Shown here in pieces: positions 23,277 through 34,289 of a stretch of 34,438 nucleotides of DNA. Within the stretch, counting starts at the first letter, position 1; each line of letters opens with the position of its first letter. The DNA is taken from assembly GCF_006345805.1 (NCBI RefSeq), contig NW_021833548.1:1-34438 (forward strand), in the 5' to 3' direction. The position numbers and the translations under genes are program-made. Below the pieces are notes generated by a model that saw only the letters and a program-made list of their open reading frames with translations, did not search any database and was not told where the DNA came from. Source of the DNA: Octopus sinensis (Eukaryota).

Positions 23277-24499
23277 ATATATATATATATATTATTATAT
23301 ATATATAAGTATGTATGTATATAATATTTATTTATATGTAAATATATACAGAAACCCACAAATAAATAAAGTTATATACACATAGTTTTCACATATATTT
23401 ATATACACCCAAAACACATGCAAAACTACTTAAAGTAAAGATAAGAATAATAACATTTAAAAAAAAATAATTGTACAACCACTGCAAGAAGAAGAAGAAG
23501 AAGAAGAAATGAAGAAAGGTGATGGCGGCTAATAATGGTAAAGGTGAATAAGTCTATGAAGACGGCAGCGTTAATATGTGCAGGTGATGTGAATGCCAAA
23601 GGATGATGGAAGCAAGAGTGGGTGAAGGCAACGCCTAAGCAGATTCTAAGTCAGTATCATTCCATTCCTGTAGAGTACCAAAGTTCTTGGAGAGATGGAG
23701 ATAGATGGAGATAGATGGAGAAAGATAGAGAAAGATAGAGAAGTGTGTTTGAGAGAGAGAGAGAGAGAGAGATAGGGGTGGAGGTGGGGGTGTAGGTAGA
23801 GAGAAAAAGAAAAAGGAAAGGGAAATGTATGTATATATGTATGTATGTATTTATGTATGTGGTTGTGTGTTTCTGTAGTTACGTATTTATGTGTCAGTAT
23901 GTATATATGTATGTGTGTCTTCATGCATATGCATATGAACGTTTGTATATATATATATAATATATATATATATAGATATGTATCTATATATATATATATA
24001 CACGTATATATATGTGTGTGTAAATATATATGTATATATATATACATGTGTATATATACATATATATATGAGGTGTGTATATATGCATGTATGTATATGT
24101 ATGTGTGTGTGTGTGTGTGTGTAAGTAAACAGACACAAATAGACAGAGAGAAAGACCCACAAGCAAGAGAGACGGACAGACAGACAGAAGTGGTGGTAGA
24201 GGCAGCAATGGATGGAAGAAGCAGTTCCAAATAATATCTGCACTAACAGACATTATGAGATAATGCTATATAATAAAACATATATATATATGTGTATATA
24301 TTATACAGAGAGAACGAATGTTAATTTTGAGGAAGTTTTCACCGAAATTCTTTGGAAATCTTCCAAAGACTTTATTCCTGTGTTTTTTTGTTTTTTTTTT
24401 GAGTTATGATTTAAGTTTTTTTTTATGTTTATTCTTGGTTTTCAATTGATGGTGATGATGATGATGATGGTTATCATGTTGGTAATGCTGCTGATGATG

Positions 24500-24620
24500 A
24501 TGTTGATGCTGCTGAAGGATTTATCCCAAACAAATTGGCCACAGTACTTATTCTGTCAGTCTCTTTTGGCAAACCACTGAGTTTCAGAGATGTAAACAAA
24601 CCAACACTGGTTGTCAAGTA

Positions 24621-24655
<35 letters not shown>

Positions 24656-24830
24656 TGTGTGTTGTGTAGAAAAAACAAACACAAAGACACATACATGTAT
24701 ATATACAAGTGTGCACGCATGCACACACACACACACATATGGATCTGGGTTCAGTCCCACTGCGTGACACACCTTTGGCAAGTGTCGTCTAATATAGCCC
24801 TGGGCCAACCAAAGCGTGAAATAAAATGCT
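24500..24830 (-). mobile_element. Diverged SINE family A
   Basis: Recognisable AAACCAACACTGGTTGTCAAG and GGGTTCAGTCCCACTGCG segments; partly rearranged. Confidence 0.5.
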
Positions 24831-24917
24831 TTGCTTAACGATGCAATGACACCCAGCATGGCCCCCAAGACTCAAACTCACAACCTAACGAATGGGGATC
24901 AAAATAGCATGTAAATA

Positions 24918-26168
24918 TCAGTTTTAAATTCTGGCACAAGGCCAGGAACTTTGGGGGAAGGGGTAAGTCAATTACATCAATCCCAGTGCTCCACTGGTCC
25001 TTATTTTATCGGTCCTGAAAGAGTGAAAGCCAGTGGACCTTGATGGGATTTGAACTCAGAAAGTAAAGATAGATGAAATGCTACAAAGCCTTTTGCCCCA
25101 CATTCTAACGATTCTTATTTCTTTACTACCCACAAGGGGCTAAACACAGAGGGGACAAACAAGGACAGAAAAAGGGATTAAGTCGATTACATCGACCCCA
25201 GTGCGTAACTGGTACTTAATTTATCGACCCCGAAAGGATGAAAGGCAAAGTCGACCTCGGTGGAATTTGAACTCAGAACGTCGTGGCAGACGAAATACCT
25301 ATTTCTTTATTACTCACAAGGGGCTAAACACAGAGAGGACAAACAAAGACAGAAAAAGGGATTAAGTCGATTACATCAACCCTAGTGCGTAACTGGTACT
25401 TAATTTAGTGGACCTCGAAAGGATGAAAGGCAAAATCGACCTCAGCGGAATTTGAACTCAGAACGCAGCAGCAGACGAAATACCTATTTCTTTACTACCT
25501 ACAAGGGGCTAAATACAGCTAGGACAAACAAGGACAGAAAAAGGGATTAAGTCGATTACATCGATCCCAGTGCATAACTGGTACTTAATTTAATCGACCT
25601 CGAAAGGATGAAAGGCAAAGTCGACCTCGGTGGAATATGAACTCAGAACGTAGCAGCAGACGAAATACCGCTAAGCATTTCGCCCGGCGTGCTAACAATT
25701 CTGCCAGGTTGCTGCCTTACAGCATGTAAATACTGATTTCAAATTTTGACACAAGGCTTGCAATTTTGAGGGAAGGGGTGAGTTGATTACATTAACCCCA
25801 GTACTCTACTGGTACTTATTTCATTGGCCTCCAAAAGGGTAAAAGGCAAAGTGGACCTTGGCAGCATTTGAACCCACTACGTAAGGAACAGAACGCCGCT
25901 CAGGATTTTGTCCAGCATAATAATGAGTCTGTCATTACAGCATGTAAATATTCTTTTCTACTCTAGGCACAAGGCCCAAAATTTTGGGGGAGGGGGGGGT
26001 CAGTCAATTAGATCGACCCCAGTATGCAACTGGTACTTAATTTATCAACCCCCGAAAGGATGAAAGGCAAAGTTGACATCGGCGGAATTTGAACTCAGAA
26101 CATTTAGACAGACAAAGTACCACTAAACATTTCACCCAGAGTGATAATGTTTCTGCCAGCTAACCACC
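24918..26168 (-). mobile_element. Stack of SINE family B copies (Nin/Deu-like domain), including a 3 x ~185-bp tandem at 25116-25716
   Basis: Minus-strand GTCGACTTTGCCTTTCATCCTTTCGGGGTCGATAAATTAAGTACCAG resembles the Deu/Nin SINE core; copies are separated by (TTAC)AGCATGTA(A/G)ATA. Confidence 0.8.
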
Positions 26169-26286
26169 TTACAGCATGTAGATATTGGATGAGTCAAAGG
26201 TTATCTATTCCTTTTGTTGCCAAATAGAGGTAACTGCTCTCTGAACTTCCTTTACCAAATTCTTATTCTAGAATATCTATATATAT

Positions 26287-26950
26287 TATCATCATCATCA
26301 TTATCATCGTTTAACATGAGTTTCCCATGCTAGCATGGGTTGGATGGTTCGACCGGGGTCTGGGAAGCCAGGAGTCTGCACCAGGCTCCAGTCTGATCTG
26401 GCAGTGTTTCTACAGCTGGATGCCCTTCCTAACACCAACCACTCCATGAGTGTAGTGGGTGGTTTTTACATGCCACTGGGAGGCTGGCAGCAACCACGAT
26501 CAGTTGGTGCTATTCATGTGCCACCGGCACGGAAGCCAGTCAAGGCAGCACTGGCCTCGGCCACGTTGGGATGGTGCTTTTTACGTGCCACCGGCACAGG
26601 TATCACAACTACAATTTCCATTTGATATTCATTTTGATGTTGATGTACTTGACTCAATAGGTCTCCTCAAGCACAGCAGGTCACCCTACGATCCAATGTC
26701 AGCATAGCAGGCCGTTCTGCGATCCAAGGTACTTTGGATGGGCTGGGGCTGCTATGTGAAACCGGTGCAGGAAACAGCCATGAACTCACGTTATTTGTCG
26801 GGTCTTCACAGTCACAGCATATCTACAGATTGAGCAAGGCCACCTACCTAAGGAGGTGTGTGGTGAGTTTGCCTTCCTACTTACTAGAACTTTGGTCTTT
26901 GCTACATTGACCCTAAGGCCTTTTGATTCTACAGCCTCTTTTGGCCTTGC
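26287..26950 (-). mobile_element. RTE/RTEX-like LINE 3' end with RT remnant
   Basis: ESKGLRVNVAKTKVLVSRKA..GRWPCSICR, then the 3' UTR and an (ATG)n tail. Confidence 0.7.
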
Positions 26951-27319
26951 CAATGACAGATACCTCCCAAGGTTGTCAGAAAGTATCACAATACAGGTTC
27001 TTCAAACTGAGCCAAGTGGCAGGATATTTAGCAGTAGACCAAGAATGATATGGTTCAGTAATATCCATAGTCTTAATTGGTTAAGCTTGGGAATCCCAGC
27101 CAGAAAGTCTATGGAGAAGGTACCTGAGGATTTTACCTATTCTCAGGAATAGCAGGCAGAGAATATGGATGGATAAGATTTTCCTTTCTTCCCACAATTC
27201 ATGAAGACCCCCACCCCACCAAAATGTAATAAGTTCAGGTGTACTGTCCCTCAACCTCTGACAATGGCATTAGAACAAACAAAAAAAAAAAAGGATATGA
27301 GAAAAAGGATGGGCACTTC

Positions 27320-27700
27320 TGTCATCATCAACATCATCACACCACTACCACCACCACCACTAATACCACTACTGCTGCTATCACCCCCACCACCTCCACC
27401 ATCATCCCACCACCACTACCATCACCACCACCGCCGCCGCCGCCACCACCACCACCACCACCAATACACCTACCACTGCTATCACCACCACCTCCGCTAC
27501 CACCACTACCATCACAACCATAAACCAGCGCTACTTCCATCACCACCACCACTACCACCACTACCACCACCACTACCACCACCACCACCACCACAATCAT
27601 TGCCACCACTCCACCGCCTCTACCATAAGAACTATTGCTACTACTACCACCACTATACCTTCCACCACCATTACTACTACCACCACCACCACCAGCATCA
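27320..27700. repeat. (CAC/TAC)n trinucleotide repeat
   Basis: Direct reading; explains the poly-Pro/His/Gly ORFs. Confidence 0.9.
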
Positions 27701-28102
27701 CAGGAGCCCAAAGGTTTATGGTGCTATGCTTTCTCAAAGCCATCTGTTACTTCCTTCCCCATCGCACCACCAAAACCGAGGTCAGTGACTTAATGTATAC
27801 AAAAAACGTAATAAATTCATAAACAAATAAATATTTACAACACTCAACTACAGACACATAGACACTCAACCACGCAGCCACACGAACAGATCTTTGTATT
27901 CCCCGCTCCTTCCCCGCTTGTAATATCTCTTCTTCTACAATAAGTACAAGGCCTGAAATCTGCCGAAGGAGAAGGGTTAGGGTTAGGGTTGATAACGCCG
28001 ACTTCAGAACTCAAATGGAAGACTCACTCAGACATCATCAACAAAAATGGCATGAGACAAGACATTGTAATCGCCCCTGTTTAAAATTCACTGTGCCCCG
28101 TA

Positions 28103-28940
28103 GGTGTAGGAGTGGCTGTGTGGTAAGTAGCTTGCTTACCAACCACATGGTTCCGTGTTCTGTCCCACTGCGTGGCACCTTGGGCAAGTGTCTTCTACTA
28201 TAGCCTCGGGCCGACCAAAGCCTTGTGAGTGGATTTGGTAGACAGAAACTGAAAGAAGCCCAACGTATATATGTGTATATATATATACATATATAGGCGC
28301 AGGATTGGCTGTGTGGTAAGTAGCTTGCTTACCAACCACATGGTTCCAGGTTTAGTCCCACTGCATGGCACCTTGGGCAAGTGTATTCTACTATAGCCTC
28401 GGGCCGACCAAAGCCTTGTGAGTGGGTTTGGTAGACGGAAACTGAAAGAAGCCCGTCGTATATATATATAATATAATAGATATATATATTATATATATAT
28501 ATATATATATATCTATATAATATATATATATATATATAGGCGCAAGAGTGGCTGTGTGGTAAGTAGCTTGCTTACCAACCACATGGTTTCGGGTTCAGTC
28601 CCACTGCGTAGCACCTTGGGCAAGTGTCTTCTACTATAGCCTCGGGCCGACCAATGCCTCGTGAGTGGATTTGGTAGACGGAAACTGAAAGAAGCCCGTC
28701 GAATATATATATGTGTGTATATGTTTGTGTGTCTGTGTTTGTCCCTCCCCCAATTCGCTTGACAACCAATGCTGGTGTGTTTACGTCCCCGTAACTTAGC
28801 GGTTCGGCAAAAGAGACCGATAGAATAAGTACTAGGCTTACTAGGCTTAATAAGTCCTGGGGTCGATTTGCTCGACTAAAGGCGGTGCTCCAGCATGGCC
28901 GCAGCCAAATGACTGAAACAAGTAAGAGAATAAAAGAGAG
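28103..28940 (+). mobile_element. SINE family A cluster: three 5' halves, one 3' half
   Basis: Heads at 28103, 28296 and 28539, separated by (TA)n. Confidence 0.9.
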
Positions 28941-29094
28941 TATATGAAGGGAGAATGGAGAAAGCCCATTTCTACAAGACTGAAAAATATAACAGTTTGG
29001 CCACCAGATTGAGGGAATCTGGCTTCCAAATTAAAGTCTTTGCCAGAGAGATGGACGCAAGAGGGTTTGTGGACAAAGCTTTCTTTTCTTTTCT

Positions 29095-29495
29095 TTTTTT
29101 TATTTGTTTCAGTCATTTGACTGTGGCCATGCGGGAGCACCGCCTTTAGTCGAGCAAATCGACCCCGGGGCTTATTCTTTGTAAGCCTAGTACTTATTCT
29201 ATCGGTCTCTTTTGCCGAACTGCTAAGTAATGGGGAGGTAAACACACCAGCATCGGTTGTCAAGCAATGCTAGGGGGACAAACACAGACACACAAATATA
29301 CACGCACACATATATATACATATACATATATATGACGGGCTTCTTTCAGTTTCCGTCGACCAAATCCACTCACAAGGCTTTGGTCGGCCCGAGGCTATAG
29401 TAGGAGACACTTGCCCAAGGTGCCGTGCAGTGGGACTGAACCCGGAACCATGTGGTTGGTAAACAAGCTACTTACCACACAGCCACTCCTGTGCC
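29095..29495 (-). mobile_element. Full-length SINE family A
   Basis: Reverse complement of 28539-28940. Confidence 0.9.
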
Positions 29496-29817
29496 TATGC
29501 TAATGATCTCATGAGACAGCCCTCAATTTCAGGGAGAAAGGGAACCAGATTTCTCAGCCCTTTAGCATTCAGGTTACTCTGTCAAAATATAATTCTTGTT
29601 TATTTGCATAATTTTAAATCATTGGTTCTCTGGGGTCGGGGAACGGGTGAACAAAAGTGAGGTCAATAATGGGATGGCCAAAAGGCGGTGATGCATTTAA
29701 GAAAACAACAAAATAATGGGCCGTGAATAGAGTGGGCGCGGAAGCAATACCATGCTGTTTTGGGCAAGAAACTCACAGAGCTCGTTGACAGGGTGCATTG
29801 TCGCCGTGAAGAATCTC

Positions 29818-30563
29818 AAGGCGGCGAGCTGGCAGAAACGTTAGCACGCCGGGTGAAATGCTTTACGGTATTTCGTCTGCGTTACGTTGTGAGTTCAAAT
29901 TCCGCCGAGGTCGACTTTGCCTTTTCATCCTTTCGGGGTCGATAAATTAAGTACCAGTTACGCACTGGGGTCGATATAATCGACTTAATACCTATGTCTG
30001 TCCTTGTTTGTCCCCTCTGTATTTAGCCCCTTGTGGGTAATAAAGAAATAGGTATTTCGTCTGCCGTTACGTTCTGAGTTCAAATTCTGCCGAGGTCGAC
30101 TTTGCCTTTCATCTTTTCGGGGTCGATAAATAAATTAAGTACCAGTTATGCACTGCAGTCGATGTAATCGACTTAATCCGTTTGTCTGTCCTTGTTTGTC
30201 CTCTCTATGTTAAGCCCCTTGTGGGTAGTAAAGAAATAGGTATTTCGTCTGCTGTCACGTTCTGAGTTCAAATTCCACCGAGGTCGACTTTGCCTTTCAT
30301 TCTTTCGGGGTCGATAAATTAAGTACCAGTTATACACTGGGGTCAATGTATTCGACTTAATCCGTTTGTCTGTCTTTGTTTGTCCCCTCTGTGTTTAGCC
30401 CCTTGTGGGTAGTAAAGAAATAGTTATTTCGTCTGCCGTTACGTTCTGAGTTCAAATTCCGCCGAGGTCGACTTTGCCTTTCATCCTTTCGGGGTCGATA
30501 AATTACATACCAGTTATACACTGGGGTCAATGTATTCGACTTAATTCCTTTGTCTTTGTTTGT

Positions 30564-30610
<47 letters not shown>

Positions 30611-30650
30611 TCTATGTTCTTTTCTTGTGGGCAATAAAGAAATAAGAATC
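29818..30650 (+). mobile_element. SINE family B with four ~185-bp tandem body units
   Basis: Single head AAGGCGGCGAGCTGGCAGAA; unit starts at 29867, 30051, 30239 and 30423; AAGAATCT on both flanks. Confidence 0.85.
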
Positions 30651-30854
30651 TAATGCTTTGCACTCCACAGATCCGATTGCTTTCATCAAATGTGCCCCCT
30701 TAAACCCTTCAAAACATCACAGTAGAACTCTCGATTGATGGTTTGGCCCCGGGGGGTTATTTCTTGATGCACAATACCACATTTCCGGAGCTGACGCTTG
30801 TGGCAGGTCATCCTATCTCAACTTGAGATGAAAAGTCAGCCATTTCAAGGCCCT

Positions 30855-31266
30855 GGATCTTTTTGGTTTGACCGGCAGTTTTTAAAAATAATTTCTAGGT
30901 AACTAAACACTTTTAAACTTCGTATACTGATAGAATGTGTTTATAAAACATCCTTTTCTCTTGGCTTTCTTGAGAAAATTCAGTAGTTTGTAAGATATTT
31001 GTTGTTTTTTTTCTTCAATTTCTGCAATTTCAACCAATCAATGACATCTATTGAGGTGAAAACATTCTGTGCTGTATGAATATGTCCCTCGTTTAAGAAA
31101 CAGATTGGGTTTATTTACATTTGTGAAGAAAAAAAAGATACCCTTCCCCCCATCCCTAACCCTAAAACAGATTGAAATGCAATAGATCGATACTAGGATC
31201 ATAATTATGGGTGAAAATTTCATATTACACCACTAGAAAAAACTGCCGTTCAAACCGAAAAGATCC
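30855..31266 (+). mobile_element. MITE family 1, complete, degenerate ~9-bp TSD
   Basis: ~27-bp TIRs; flanks AAGG-CCCT and AAGGACCCT. Confidence 0.9.
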
Positions 31267-31589
31267 AAGGACCCTTCTGATGATGTCATTCAGGATAATG
31301 TGTTGGGGAATCGGTCCGCGCTAAGGGTCCAAGATAAAGGGTGCAGGCCAAATTCGTCTACTGTAGCTCTGTGGCGACATTTGTGCAGCTCGCACGGCTG
31401 GAGACGGAGGCGTCGGGCCACCCCCAATACAGGTGTACTCGTAATCTAGAAGGGTGCAAGTAGGTGAGGAGGGCAGCGAATTGGGTTGTGAAGCGGAGTG
31501 GAGGCGGGCAGGGCAGTGCTGGTCAAGTGATGTCTCTAGCCGCTCGAGGGTGGACTGGCATCGGATAAAAGAACGATGAAATGAAAGAG

Positions 31590-31590
31590 T

Positions 31591-31627
<37 letters not shown>

Positions 31628-31912
31628 GAAGGGAGGAAGAGAGCGAGAACAGTGAAAGAGTGAGACCAGTGAGAGAGAGAGGGAGAGAGAGAGGGAGAGG
31701 GAGAGAGAGAGAGAGAGAGTGTGTGGAGAAGGAAGGAAGAGAGCGAGAAGAGTGAAAGAGTGAGACCAGTGAGAGAGAGAGAGAGAGAGTGAGAGAGAGA
31801 AAGAGAAGAAAGAAAGAACGAAAGAAAGAAAGAAAGAAAGAAAGAGGGAGATTGATTGAAAGTTCTGTGCCAGTGCAATGTGAGGAGGAGAAACGAAAGA
31901 GAATGAAACTAA

Positions 31913-31943
<31 letters not shown>

Positions 31944-32046
31944 GAGAGGGGGTGAAGAGGGAAAGAAAAATAGAAAGTAGAGAAGAGAGAGACAGAGAGA
32001 GAAAGCAGAGAAAAGACGGAGGGGGCAAGGAAAGAACATAGAACAC

Positions 32047-32082
<36 letters not shown>

Positions 32083-32230
32083 GGTGACATAGGAACACAG
32101 AGAGAGAATAAGAGACGAAAAGAAATAAAAAGAATGAGAGAGAGAGAGAGAGACAGATAGACAGACAGACAGAGACAGACAGAGAGAGACAGACAGAGAG
32201 AGAGAGAGAGAGAGAGGGAGGGAGGGAGAG
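31590..32230. repeat. (GA)n-rich low-complexity tract
   Basis: Direct reading; explains the Leu/Ser-rich ORFs. Confidence 0.9.
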
Positions 32231-32629
32231 CGAAAGTAAATCCGTTGTAGCAATGGCTTCCATGTTTTTGCCATCAAATGTTAAACATTTAATCGTCGTT
32301 TTCGTTTTTCTGGGTGTACCTAGGATTACTTCATGTCGAAGCGTGTTGTATATGTTACGGGTATTTGCGTGTAGGCGGTTAAGATTTTTGTTTACATGAT
32401 ATAATAGCGAATTATGAGTTTACAAGACTAACATAAGACAGAAGAGCGAACAGAATCCGCCTACGGGATTCAAAGTACATATCTTGTACGTCGATCTTAT
32501 TTACTGGACGACCGGGTGTAATTTAATGTTGATACATGCATACGTACCGCACGTACACACATACTTCCCTGATTGCATGTGTACATAATTTCATATATAT
32601 ATACATACACACACAGACACACACACATA

Positions 32630-32845
32630 TCTATTATATAAAATCCGTTCTGACTGTATGTGTGTGTGTGTGTGTCTTCTAGGATCTCGGGCATCCTCCA
32701 TCCGATTGCGCTCAAATTTGATATGTAGATACCGACGGTATCAGGGCGTGTAAGAGTCTTGAAAAAATTACAAAAATCGATTCCAGGTGATAAAGCCGTA
32801 GGAACGTGCATGTGTAAAATCGTTTTTCCCTGGAATAGAAAAAAA
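32630..32845 (+). mobile_element. Helitron-like element, 5' part
   Basis: A|TCTATTATATAAAATCCG start, (TG)n tract and CCGATTGCGCTCAAATTTG core; truncated at a MITE TIR fragment. Confidence 0.5.
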
Positions 32846-33313
32846 GGATCTTTTCGGTTTTAACCTAAATTTGAGACACCAGCAAAAGAAGAAATAAAGA
32901 TAGACTTTTTTTTTAATCTTTTCGGTTTGAACGGCAGTTTTTAACATAATTTCTAGGTAACTAAAATATTTTAAACTTCGTATACTGGTAGAATGTGTTT
33001 ATAAAACAATTTTCTCTTGGCTTTCTTGAAAAAATTCTGTAGTTTGTAACATATTTCGTCTTTAATTTCTTGCATTTCGGCAATTTTAACCAGCCGTATG
33101 AATATGTCCCTCGTTTGAGAAACACATTGGGTTTATTTACATTTGTGAAGAAAAAAAGATACCCTTCCCCCACCCCTAACCCTACCAGAATACGAAGTTT
33201 TAAATTTTTTAGTTACCTAGAAATTATGTTAAAAACTGCCTTTCAAACCGAAAAGATCCGAAAAAAAGTCTATCTTTATTTCTTCTTTTGCTGGTGTCTC
33301 AAATTTAGGTTAA
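32846..33313. mobile_element. Rearranged MITE family 1 forming a 132-bp inverted duplication
   Basis: Arms 32860-32991 and 33182-33313 include ~53 bp of non-MITE flank; orphan TIR start at 32846-32859. Confidence 0.8.
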
Positions 33314-33438
33314 ATCAGTGTTTCTCAAAGGGGAGGCCTATGGGACGGTCGGATAAGTTGTTTTGAGAAAATTTGATTTGAATGTTTGACAACTCAGCAC
33401 CGTCCATTGGACGGAGGACGTTTTGCTCGTGTATATAT

Positions 33439-33469
<31 letters not shown>

Positions 33470-33593
33470 TTCGTTTTTATATTTGGTTTGCAAGATTCTC
33501 TATGAGAATTCGTGTGTTGAAGCATATTTTATTGTCCGGGGACAGTAATTCTCTTTTAGTGCCTTATTACTTAATGCACACACCGGACAATGA

Positions 33594-33630
33594 CTATTGA
33601 AAAGCTTGCAAGACGCAACGAAAATTTTAG
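33594..33630 (+). ncRNA. Minimal hammerhead-like motif with U3-A8 covariation
   Basis: cta-TTGAAAA-G(c)TTGC aagac GCAAC-GAAA-AT-TT-tag, followed by AATAAA. Confidence 0.5.
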
Positions 33631-33901
33631 AAAAAATAAATATGTAAATGAGTGGAAATCGAACAGGTGCGTGTGTTAAGTAACAAGGCAATGAAAGAGA
33701 ATGATCACCCCAGACACGTTCGTCGGGCAGATGTGATCCAGAATCTGCTCGACGAACGGGAACGTGAGACTCTGAGTAGTAGTATTGTTTTTAGATATTT
33801 TGTGATGTTTTTTGCAGCTTTAATAATAAAGTATATTACTCTACCTCTGGTATTCGAGTTCTATTTTAGCCCACCTTGTTTCACATTTATGAGCTTACTC
33901 T

Positions 33902-33974
<73 letters not shown>

Positions 33975-33982
<8 letters not shown>

Positions 33983-34209
33983 ATATTTCGGAATGGTCAT
34001 TTTGCCAGTTTAGCCAATAAAAACACACGCACTATATATTTGGTGTTTTTTTGCTTCAGTGTTATTTATTTTTTACATTAATTTTAATCTTATTTCGGCC
34101 AGAGTTCTTTCGTCACACTCCTGTGACCGCATCAGTGGTCTTTTTTTTTCTTCTTTCTTATTTGTGTCTCTCCTTACTAACCGTCAGCCATTCCGAAATA
34201 TAACAATAT
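33975..34209. repeat. Small element with perfect 22-bp inverted ends enclosing a hammerhead-like motif
   Basis: ATATTGTTATATTTCGGAATGG at 33975-33996, reverse complement at 34188-34209; minus-strand motif at 34097-34140. Confidence 0.6.
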
Positions 34210-34289
34210 CTGTTTCAACACACGACTTCACATAAAAAACCTTGCACAACAAATATTTAAACGTATATATATATATATATTATATATAG

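Larger units (their letters stand above)
28007..29567 (+). pseudogene. RLE-domain remnant of a HERO/NeSL-like non-LTR retrotransposon, split by SINEs
   Basis: Pieces 28007-28100 (KNGMRQDIVI..FTVP), 28943-29080 (YEGRMEKAHFYKTEKYNSLATRLRESGFQIKVFAREMDARGFV) and 29496-29567 (LMRQPSISGRKGTRFL) join into a RPDIV..ELTVPWE..AHERK.EKY..EVG.RGF-type domain. Confidence 0.65.

Noticed and set aside
23635-23686. Minus-strand peptide NFGTLQEWNDTDLESA* resembling WNAEETDLESV in the 5805-5922 repeat
   Set aside because: The match is very short and does not extend; coincidence cannot be excluded without a search.
27201-27788. Pro/His/Gly-rich ORFs
   Set aside because: Products of the (CAC)n repeat, open in several frames on both strands.
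31523-32277. Leu/Ser-rich ORFs
   Set aside because: Translation of the (CT)n tract.
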